A stretch of 19,256 nt of DNA from Candidatus Heimdallarchaeota archaeon. GTDB lineage: Archaea > Asgardarchaeota > Heimdallarchaeia > Hodarchaeales > Hodarchaeaceae. Shown here piece after piece: positions 8,877-16,634 of the stretch; position 1 is the first letter of the stretch, and every line of letters begins with the position of its first letter. The stretch spans positions 1-19,256 of the forward strand of contig JBHLSH010000075.1 of the NCBI GenBank assembly GCA_048881705.1, given 5' to 3'. Under the pieces are notes generated by a model. That model saw only the letters and a program-made list of their open reading frames with translations, was not told the origin of the DNA and made no database searches. Position numbers and translations under genes: made by a program.

Positions 8877-10274
8877 ATGTCAGATGATAAATTTCCCCAG
8901 TGGTTTGGTAGCTCTGGTATTCGCGGTAACCTTAAGGATATTGGTCCAGAATTCTGTTTTGAGCTTGGAAAAGCAGTGGCTTTAACGCTAAATAGCCGAA
9001 ATCCTGTATATCTTGCTTCTGACATTCGTTCTACATCAGGCGTGTTAAAAACTGCTTTCATGAGTGGTTATTCCAGCTATTCTGGAGTAATAATAGATAT
9101 AGGTTTAATGACTACCCCCGTTCTCTCGTATGTCTCAGGGAACAATAAAACGCTTGGAGTAATGGTTACAGCATCTCACAATCCGCCCTCTGATAACGGA
9201 TTCAAATTTTTCTTCGATGGAAGAGAATGCGTGGAGGATTTCGAGCGACGTGTAGAAAAAAATCTTCATTTACGATTCGAGAAAAAAACATCTCCTCGTC
9301 CCGCAGTTCCTTGGCATAAAGTGGGTACGGTCTCTTTTCAAAGTAATGTTCGTTATATAGAGGAATATCTAAATTTGCTATCTAAAAAAGTTGAGATGGC
9401 TAATACCGAATATAGGATCATTTTAGATTGCGCAAATAACGTTCCAAGCCTTGTGTCTCCGTTTCTACTCCAAAAATTAGGTTTTGGCGACGTAATGACA
9501 ATCAATGAGGAATTTGATCCGCTTTTTACAAGTCGTCCCAGCGAACCTTCACCAGAAAATCTTAGATTATTGATAGAAACAGTAAAGGAAGAGAATGCTG
9601 ATATTGGCATTGCACATGATGGGGATGGGGACAGATTTGCCATAATCGATGAAAAAGGGAGTTTTTTGTCTTCAACTTCTCTAATTTGCTTTTTTTTGGA
9701 TAATTTAAGAGCTATTGGCTCAGACAGAAAAAAAGTAGTATTGACAAGTGATTGTACAAAGCAGGCTTTCGAAATTGCCAAAAAAAAGGGAGCAGAGATC
9801 GTTACTAGCCAGATTGGAAAGCTCAGAATCTATGCTAATGATCAGGAAGCATATTTTCTGGCTGAACCCTATAAACTCATTTTTCCGGAAATAGGCAATT
9901 GGATAGACGGGATTTTCCCTGTATTAAAACTCTTGGAGATGTTAAAAATGAAAACCATTTCAGAGCAGATAAGACCTTATGATAAACGAAAAATTCTAAG
10001 AAAAGCCTTCAAACTACCATCCAAAGACAGACTCCGTATTAAAAGTCTCTTAAATGAACTCCCCTACCTATGGTCGAGAAGGATTAAGGAAATTTCGACT
10101 CAAGACGGGATAAAAATTTTCTTCAAGGATGATTCAAATCTTTTAATACGATTTTCTGGAACTGAGCTCAAGATAAAATTCTATATTGAATCATCTCTAG
10201 ATTCGAGGAACCAAAAAATACTCAAAGAAATAATTTCTGTATTTGGGTTTCCCCCTCCCAGCTTTGATTGTTAA
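8877..10274 (+). CDS. Alpha-D-phosphohexomutase superfamily enzyme, probably archaeal-type phosphopentomutase
   Basis: FGSSGIRG, catalytic TASHNP, metal loop DGDGDR. The substrate loop reads FLAEPYKLIFP instead of the usual GEES/GEGNGG. Located in a nucleoside salvage cluster. Confidence 0.75.
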   Translation: MSDDKFPQWFGSSGIRGNLKDIGPEFCFELGKAVALTLNSRNPVYLASDIRSTSGVLKTAFMSGYSSYSGVIIDIGLMTTPVLSYVSGNNKTLGVMVTASHNPPSDNGFKFFFDGRECVEDFERRVEKNLHLRFEKKTSPRPAVPWHKVGTVSFQSNVRYIEEYLNLLSKKVEMANTEYRIILDCANNVPSLVSPFLLQKLGFGDVMTINEEFDPLFTSRPSEPSPENLRLLIETVKEENADIGIAHDGDGDRFAIIDEKGSFLSSTSLICFFLDNLRAIGSDRKKVVLTSDCTKQAFEIAKKKGAEIVTSQIGKLRIYANDQEAYFLAEPYKLIFPEIGNWIDGIFPVLKLLEMLKMKTISEQIRPYDKRKILRKAFKLPSKDRLRIKSLLNELPYLWSRRIKEISTQDGIKIFFKDDSNLLIRFSGTELKIKFYIESSLDSRNQKILKEIISVFGFPPPSFDC

Positions 10275-10438
10275 TCCTGGGAGGTACAACTGTAAGCACA
10301 TTTTTTAAGGTGACAGAAAACTTATGCACCACCAAACAATAAATCCAAGATAGAATTAGGCCTTCAAGTATTGATTAACATTGGATCTATCACCAAATTA
10401 TTAAAGTATTCGACGAAAGAATCTCTGGGGTTCATATT

Positions 10439-11548
10439 ATGATCGAAAGAACACCAATTCTAAGACTGGAGAACCTGACCAAGAAATTTGGAGAGGTTAT
10501 TGCTGTCGATGATGTAAGTTTGGATATTCATGATGGCGAAATTATTACTTTACTTGGTCCATCGGGTTGCGGTAAATCCACAACATTGCGCTCAATCGCA
10601 GGGTTGGAAAGAATTGATGGGGGAAACATTTACTTCAAAGGTGGCCGAATTACCGATCTAGCTGTACGAAAAAGGGATATGGCCATGGTTTTTCAATCTT
10701 ACGCGCTATGGCCACATATGACGGTACGAAAAAACGTTGAATTTGGAATGACAATCGGTGATCGCCGGGTTTCTAAGGAGGAAAGAGGAAATCGCGTTCT
10801 CGAATCATTACGACTAGTTGATGCTCAGGAACTAATTGATCGAAAGCCTTCAGAACTCTCTGGAGGTCAACAACAACGGATTGCAGTGGCTCGAGCCATC
10901 GTGGTCAACCCAGCTATCTTACTCCTTGATGAACCGTTTTCAAACCTTGATGCCAAGCTACGGATTGAAACTAGATCTGAAATTCGCCAACTCATAAAAA
11001 AAATTGGACTTACTGCCATTTTTGTCACTCATGACCAAAGCGAGGCACTTTCTATTTCTGATCGGATTGCGATAATGAATAAGGGGCGAATCGAGCAGGT
11101 TGGTTCCCCTTTGGAAATTTGGGGTTCTCCCAGAAATGCTTTTGTGGGAACATTCATCGGAGAAGCCAATCTGGTCGAATGCACCGTTAAGGAGACCGAG
11201 GAATCAAGTGCCCTCCTATGTCTGATGGGGAGTAATGGTAATGAATGCTTTAGATCGAACCAAATCAAAGCCATAAAACCCAAATCGAAAGCACAAGCTA
11301 TTCTCCGTCCCCAAATGCTCGAGATAAATCGAAAAAGGGCCCCTTCACCGAATTCAATAACGGGCCGAGTTATTGAATCGATGTTTATGGGAACTCTCGA
11401 GTATGTCAAGGTTGAACTGGCGAACAAAGCTGTGATTATCATCCACAGGAAGCTCGTACGGGGTAACCCACTTGAACCAAACGAGTCGGTCTTCATAGAA
11501 ATCGATCCAGACCAAACTTTTGTGTACGGTGGAGAATATCAAACCTAG
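10439..11548 (+). CDS. ABC transporter ATP-binding protein (PotA/FbpC/MalK-like, C-terminal TOBE region); no adjacent permease
   Basis: GPSGCGKS, VFQSYALWPHMTV, LSGGQQQR, LLLDEPFSNLD, VTHDQSEA. Confidence 0.9.
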   Translation: MIERTPILRLENLTKKFGEVIAVDDVSLDIHDGEIITLLGPSGCGKSTTLRSIAGLERIDGGNIYFKGGRITDLAVRKRDMAMVFQSYALWPHMTVRKNVEFGMTIGDRRVSKEERGNRVLESLRLVDAQELIDRKPSELSGGQQQRIAVARAIVVNPAILLLDEPFSNLDAKLRIETRSEIRQLIKKIGLTAIFVTHDQSEALSISDRIAIMNKGRIEQVGSPLEIWGSPRNAFVGTFIGEANLVECTVKETEESSALLCLMGSNGNECFRSNQIKAIKPKSKAQAILRPQMLEINRKRAPSPNSITGRVIESMFMGTLEYVKVELANKAVIIIHRKLVRGNPLEPNESVFIEIDPDQTFVYGGEYQT

Positions 11549-11585
11549 AAAATCAACCTTGTATTCATATGGAAGAACCTTCATG

Positions 11586-11662
11586 GGTTCCCAAATGATG
11601 AGAACGACGGTCTTCCGAGGCTAAATCAGCCTATGAAGAAAGTTGCACTTACTGAATGAGCC
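11586..11662 (+). ncRNA. Box C/D methylation-guide sRNA (archaeal snoRNA-like)
   Basis: C box ATGATGA 11595-11601, 13-nt guide, D' CCGA 11615-11618, stem-loop GGCT-AAATC-AGCC, C' ATGAAGA 11633-11639, 12-nt guide, D CTGA 11652-11655. Flanks GGTTC/GAGCC can pair. The D' guide is antisense to conserved LSU rRNA AGACCGUCGU. The ends are estimates. Confidence 0.88.
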
Positions 11663-11670
11663 GTTCTTTC

Positions 11671-12588
11671 ATGTCATTATCGATACTCAAGATCTTTAGA
11701 CAATTGAAACCTATTGATTTTCGGGTTCTTTCTGTTGTAGAGATTTTAATGGCAAAATACGAGGCAGTCCCTACAGAGGAACTCGGAGGATATCTGAATT
11801 ACACCGAAAAACGGATACTTTCCCAGTTAAACAGACTACGAAGGTTAAAACTACTAACATTGTCTCAACAACATTATTTGGGAACGATGTTAACCTTTAA
11901 GGGCTATGATGCCCTAGCCCTTAAAGCACTGGTTGAACGGGGAGTACTCGCCCAGATAGGACCAGAAATAGGTGCAGGAAAGGAAAGTAATATCCATTTA
12001 GCGGTGAATGACGATGGTCACGAATTTCTCGTCAAGTTTCACCGCCTCGGAAAACTAAATTTCCGTTTTACCAAAAAAGCTCGGCATTTTATTGCAGATA
12101 AAGGTCACCTTTCCCCACTCTACCAAAGTCGATTATCGGCACAACGGGAGTTCACTGCACTGTCACGGCTGCACGAGGCGGGAGTGAAGGTTCCACGACC
12201 AGTGGGGTATAATCGTCATGTTGTCGCAATGGAAAAGGTAATTGGAATTGATTTATATCGAATCAAGAAACGGGAACTGGAACCTGAGGCCGTTCGGACA
12301 CTAATAGCCAATATCGTTGAAGAGGTGACCAAAGCAGTTAAACTGGGGTTCATCCATGGAGATCTTAGTGAATATAACATCCGTTTAAATGAAGAGGGTT
12401 ATCCTGTTTTGTTTGATTGGCCGCAATACGTGGAACCAACGTTTGACCAGGCTGAGACAATTCTTGAACGAGATATACAAGGAATATTCAGATATTTCAC
12501 GCGCAAATACCAGATTGAACTCTCGCTTCAATGGCAGGAAGTTTTGGCAGATCTAAAGACGATTTTAATTCGATATGACGAACCATAA
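11671..12588 (+). CDS. rio2: RIO2-type serine/threonine kinase (small-subunit maturation)
   Basis: N-terminal winged-helix region, IGAGKES, KFHRLGK, catalytic IHGDLSEYNI, FDWPQ. ATG 11671 is preferred because ATG 11656 abuts the sRNA D box. Confidence 0.92.
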   Translation: MSLSILKIFRQLKPIDFRVLSVVEILMAKYEAVPTEELGGYLNYTEKRILSQLNRLRRLKLLTLSQQHYLGTMLTFKGYDALALKALVERGVLAQIGPEIGAGKESNIHLAVNDDGHEFLVKFHRLGKLNFRFTKKARHFIADKGHLSPLYQSRLSAQREFTALSRLHEAGVKVPRPVGYNRHVVAMEKVIGIDLYRIKKRELEPEAVRTLIANIVEEVTKAVKLGFIHGDLSEYNIRLNEEGYPVLFDWPQYVEPTFDQAETILERDIQGIFRYFTRKYQIELSLQWQEVLADLKTILIRYDEP

Positions 12589-12680
12589 TCGTAGGATGTA
12601 GTATCGCTATTCGAAAAGAATTTCAACGTGTAGATGAAATTCGGACAAGAATAGCTATTCATTCTCTCTCGTGATTTTTT

Positions 12681-14900
12681 TTGGTCGAGTCTTCACCTAT
12701 TATCTTCGGTTTAGACATTTCAACGCATGGGAAGCGTGAAAATAGAGAGAAAAAATCTTCGGTTTTTTCATTAGCCGTATTACAAAATTTACATCTTGAA
12801 ACATATCCTAAATTAAGCAGACGCGCTTTGTTTTCAAAGATTATGGCCCTAAAACCTGATTTCCTGGCAATGGACAATATTTTCGAACTATCTCCCAATG
12901 CGCAAGGTATTATTCGGTTCCTGGGAAAAATCCCACCAACTACCACATTGGTTCAGGTGACTGGTAATCCGCGCACTGGTATGGAAAAACTTGTCACATT
13001 GGTCAGAAAAAATCATCTTAAGAAAACGTTAAGTTTTCAATTCAACTCCCGAAAATTAAATGCAGTAGAATCGGCGGAAGTTTGTGCCAGATTATGTCAA
13101 CGTCGTGTTGGTCACGAAATTGTAGCTTTTGAAGAGGAGATCCGAATCGCCGTTTCACGAAAGAAAAGTTCAAGGCGAGGGGGACAGAGTGCGCCCCGTT
13201 ATGAACGAAATTCACGAATTGCAGTTGCTCAGGCCGCTGGGGAAGTGGAGAGAATTTTACGTGAGAGAAAAACGTCCTGGGATCTCTTTGAGTACCCACA
13301 AAGACGTGTATACATTGTACAGGTAGAAAAACGTGATCTGGCCCAAATTCAGACGGTTCTAAAATCTTTAACAACCGAGTTGGTTAAGGTCAAATTAGAG
13401 CGTATAACGAAATCTACGTTGGATTTCAAACCATTGGACGTTGCAGTCGCACCTGGTACACGGCCGCTAAGAAACGTAATTCTTGGGATTGATCCTGGCA
13501 CTACCACAGGAATTGCGGTCATAGATCTAATGAAAGGGAGAGTATTATTTCTAGGTTCGAAGCGTGAGTGTGGGATATCAGAAATCATTCGAGAGGCCTC
13601 AAAACATGGTAAAATATCCTGTGTTGCGGCGGACGTAACCCCAGCACCGGCTACAGTAGAGAAAGTCGCAAGAATGACAGGTGCGCGATTAATCACGCCG
13701 CTTAATCTTGCATCAGCCTCTCAAAAGCGCGAATATTTGCAAGATTATCGTGATTTAACTGTTAATTATGGTAGGCTGAATAATCACGAACGAGATGCCC
13801 TTTACGCCGCTTTACGCGCCTTTAATTCCTTGAAGGAACAATTAAGCAAAATCCAAAAAAGTATAGACGAATCAGCCCCACATTTAATGCCAGAACTACC
13901 AGAATTGCAACGTTTAGTATTGGCAGGAAATTCGATTGCGAGTGCGATCGATGTTGTACAAGGAAAAATAAACACACGCGGGCCCCCTCTTGTGGAAACC
14001 AATCAAGAGGGCCTTATTATCTCCTTACGTCATGAAATTAATCAACTACAAAGCAAAATTGATGCGGTTTATGAAGAACTGCATAAACTTGACCAAGAAG
14101 TCACTTTTTGGCGGCAGGAGGCTCGTAAACTAACTACGGAGCTGAAACAGATTCGAGGTCAAAAGGAACGGCGGCGACTTAAACAATCAAAGGATATGCA
14201 AAAACGGATTTCTGAAGCTGTCAAAAGAGAGGTGGGACGAATTCAGGAGGAAAACCTCAATATTCGTCGGCAACTCCGCCAAAACGAGGTGGAAATGGGG
14301 AAACTACGCCAAATCAAAAATTTTTGGATGGAAGGACGCGAAATCCCTTTAAAGGTTCTAAAGACATTCTCAGATGACGCCATACGCGAAACTATTAAAA
14401 ATTTTGGAGTTAACGAAGGAGATATTGTTTTAGTTTTGGATCCAAGTGGTGGGGGGGCACAAACTGCTCAAAAAGTTATCGACCTCGGAATTAGGGGGGT
14501 TCTTGTTCCCGAAGAATCCCCCAAGTTTAGTGATCAGGCCTTAAGAGCCTTTGAGGACAACTGTGTACCTTTTCTTCAACTTCCATTGAGAGAGTTCTCA
14601 AATAGAAACCTTATATATGATCCACAGGATCCTGTTTTGGAATTGCTGGTGTACGATGGCGTATATCTTACTGATATCGCTATCAAAGAGGAAATTCGCA
14701 AACGGGAATTAATACTCCGTGAAAGATTACGCTTAAAACGCCTTGCAATGGCTACAAGTAAATCATCCTTGCTCAATGAGACCACAGAGGATAAAGATTT
14801 TGATATGGATCGTCTGTTAACCGAATTCAAGGACGATTATGAACGCCAGCATGGAGAATCCAATGATATATCTTTGAAGGATAGCGGAGAAGAAGAATAG
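12681..14900 (+). CDS. DUF460 (COG2433)-like archaeal protein with RNase H/RuvC-YqgF-like fold and long coiled coil
   Basis: FGLDI...FSLAV, LAMDNIFEL, SRGGQSAPRYER, LGIDPGTTTGIAVID, HERDALYAA, heptad-rich region, LDPSGGG. TTG start. Confidence 0.85.
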   Translation: MVESSPIIFGLDISTHGKRENREKKSSVFSLAVLQNLHLETYPKLSRRALFSKIMALKPDFLAMDNIFELSPNAQGIIRFLGKIPPTTTLVQVTGNPRTGMEKLVTLVRKNHLKKTLSFQFNSRKLNAVESAEVCARLCQRRVGHEIVAFEEEIRIAVSRKKSSRRGGQSAPRYERNSRIAVAQAAGEVERILRERKTSWDLFEYPQRRVYIVQVEKRDLAQIQTVLKSLTTELVKVKLERITKSTLDFKPLDVAVAPGTRPLRNVILGIDPGTTTGIAVIDLMKGRVLFLGSKRECGISEIIREASKHGKISCVAADVTPAPATVEKVARMTGARLITPLNLASASQKREYLQDYRDLTVNYGRLNNHERDALYAALRAFNSLKEQLSKIQKSIDESAPHLMPELPELQRLVLAGNSIASAIDVVQGKINTRGPPLVETNQEGLIISLRHEINQLQSKIDAVYEELHKLDQEVTFWRQEARKLTTELKQIRGQKERRRLKQSKDMQKRISEAVKREVGRIQEENLNIRRQLRQNEVEMGKLRQIKNFWMEGREIPLKVLKTFSDDAIRETIKNFGVNEGDIVLVLDPSGGGAQTAQKVIDLGIRGVLVPEESPKFSDQALRAFEDNCVPFLQLPLREFSNRNLIYDPQDPVLELLVYDGVYLTDIAIKEEIRKRELILRERLRLKRLAMATSKSSLLNETTEDKDFDMDRLLTEFKDDYERQHGESNDISLKDSGEEE

Positions 14901-14988
14901 TCATAATTCGTAAGATATGGAGAGACAAAGCTTTTTAGAAGTTGAAAAATGAGGGTGAAAATAAATCAAAAGCGGGAAGAAAAACGAA

Positions 14989-15207
14989 ATGCCTCAACCA
15001 TTAGCAGTATTGGAGAAAAATCTCGGGAAAACCATCACAGTGCGCCTTAAAAGCAACCATAATTTCACAGGACGTCTCAAGGTTACCGACCAATATATGA
15101 ATCTAATTTTGCAGGATTGTTCAGAAGTTCAAGACGGCAAGATGACGAAACGGTACGGAAAGGCATTCTTACGAGGGAACAATATACTATTCATAAAATT
15201 AGATTGA
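14989..15207 (+). CDS. Sm-like (LSm/SmAP) RNA-binding protein
   Basis: 72 aa with Sm1 motif (G-L---D-YMNLIL) and Sm2 motif (FLRGNNI). Confidence 0.93.
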   Translation: MPQPLAVLEKNLGKTITVRLKSNHNFTGRLKVTDQYMNLILQDCSEVQDGKMTKRYGKAFLRGNNILFIKLD

Positions 15208-15415
15208 CCATCGCATGCAGGGCTTATTTTTAACTAATTTTGGACCTATAAAGCATCAAAAAAGCAAATTGCTAGAAATCATCATCTAGCAAACTCATAA
15301 TTTAGTTGGGGGCCCTATTTTTGAACGACTTGCTTGGAATTTTGCTTTTTGACCAATGATTTTAATTCGTTGCCATTCAATGATTTACAATCTGAATTCT
15401 GATAATTTTGAATCA

Positions 15416-16411
15416 TCATGATACTGACAGTGGTCTTACCCGTCTACGGATGTACTCTTGTCGATCAAGGATGATTTCTTTGCTGAAATTACCCGTGACT
15501 CCCTTTCTCTCTATTAATAATGAGGATATGCTTGATCCGAAGGCAATTGCGTCCAATTCATTCTGATGAGATACATAGTGGGCAACGAACGAATAAAGGA
15601 ACACATCTCCAGCGCCCGTTTCATCTCTAACCATGCCAGTTTTGTAGGCTGGAATTGAGTAGAAATTGAGATTTCCGGTATCAAGCGATCTAAATCCCAG
15701 TACCGCGCCTCTGGATCCTCGTGTCAAGAGAACAATTCTTGTAGAGGTCTCGAGAATCTGTTGCGTGGACTGAAGAAGATTGTCTCCCTTTCCTAGATGC
15801 ATAACTTCGATTTCTGAGATTTTCAAGCAATCGACGTGACGTAAAATTTCTGGTTCGAACCATTTTTGGAGGATAATCCGTCCTTCGGGGGTGAGGAAAC
15901 GAAAACATCCTTGGGGGTCAAATGCGATAAAACCTGTGTTTTTCCTCAAAAAGCTAAAGATTTTTTCGCTACTAAATTCATGGTAAACAGATCCAATTAC
16001 AACCGTAGGAGGAATAGTAAACTTCCACGGAAATTCCGTTGGATCGAATAACTGTGGGGGGTTCCTGAGATAGATCCTTCTCTCTGAGCTGTTCTTCAGA
16101 TATTCCAGACGAAATTCGGGGCAGGCGTCCCGTATTCTGAGGGTCTTCAAGAGTGGATTTATGCCGGAATAAGACCGTAAAAGATCAATCGCCTTTTGAC
16201 ACGAGTACGCATATACAATTGGAGGCATGGCCCAGGGGAATAGTTGAGAGATTCGAAGCCCGGTAATTAGGCAGAATGCAGGTGGTCCACCAATAGTGAA
16301 CTTCTTTGGAAGCTTTCGGCTTTCAGAGAAGGAATAATGATTGGTCTGATGATGCAATACGGTATCTAATACTGTTTGGCCAATACTAATAATTGGAGGA
16401 GTTAAGTTCAT
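15416..16411 (-). CDS. Divergent PfkB-family kinase
   Basis: GGPPAF near the N-terminus, FDPQG, LKISEIE, LTRGSRG and signature DETGAGDVF. Confidence 0.8.
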   Translation of the reverse strand: MNLTPPIISIGQTVLDTVLHHQTNHYSFSESRKLPKKFTIGGPPAFCLITGLRISQLFPWAMPPIVYAYSCQKAIDLLRSYSGINPLLKTLRIRDACPEFRLEYLKNSSERRIYLRNPPQLFDPTEFPWKFTIPPTVVIGSVYHEFSSEKIFSFLRKNTGFIAFDPQGCFRFLTPEGRIILQKWFEPEILRHVDCLKISEIEVMHLGKGDNLLQSTQQILETSTRIVLLTRGSRGAVLGFRSLDTGNLNFYSIPAYKTGMVRDETGAGDVFLYSFVAHYVSHQNELDAIAFGSSISSLLIERKGVTGNFSKEIILDRQEYIRRRVRPLSVS

Positions 16412-16504
16412 CTGGGGCCCTCACTTCTATGGCCTTTAAGATTATAATCCCGACTATGGTAATAATTCATGTGAACTCGTAGAACAGTGTTCATCCCAAG
16501 GTTC

Positions 16505-16526
16505 TTAATAAAGGAAGGTTTATTAA
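16505..16526. promoter_or_regulatory. Symmetric back-to-back TATA-like element in a divergent intergenic region
   Basis: TTAATAAA-GGAAGG-TTTATTAA is a perfect 8-bp inverted repeat, so each strand reads TTTATTAA. Confidence 0.45.
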
Positions 16527-16634
16527 AACTTCATAAACGGGGACATTCTGAACAGTGATTGAGATCACTTCACAGAAAAAAGCCAAAGGTCTTTCATTCA
16601 ATACCTGCGTATCAGTTTTTATGAAGGTGGAATA

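Noticed and set aside
20-14830. Numerous short antisense or alternate-frame ORFs (e.g. 312-608, 1630-2031, 9353-9781, 11029-11496, 13349-13696)
   Set aside because: All lie inside well-supported genes and show no motifs.
15279-15285. Minus-strand ATGATGA in the hairpin downstream of the Sm gene
   Set aside because: No D box at a suitable distance, so it is not called a C/D RNA.
15330-15420. ATGATGA (C-box-like) on the minus strand at the PfkB stop, and ATGATTT...CTGA...CTGA on the plus strand
   Set aside because: The minus-strand motif is explained by tandem TGA stop codons and has no properly spaced CTGA. The plus-strand boxes are two mismatches from consensus, with wrong guide lengths.
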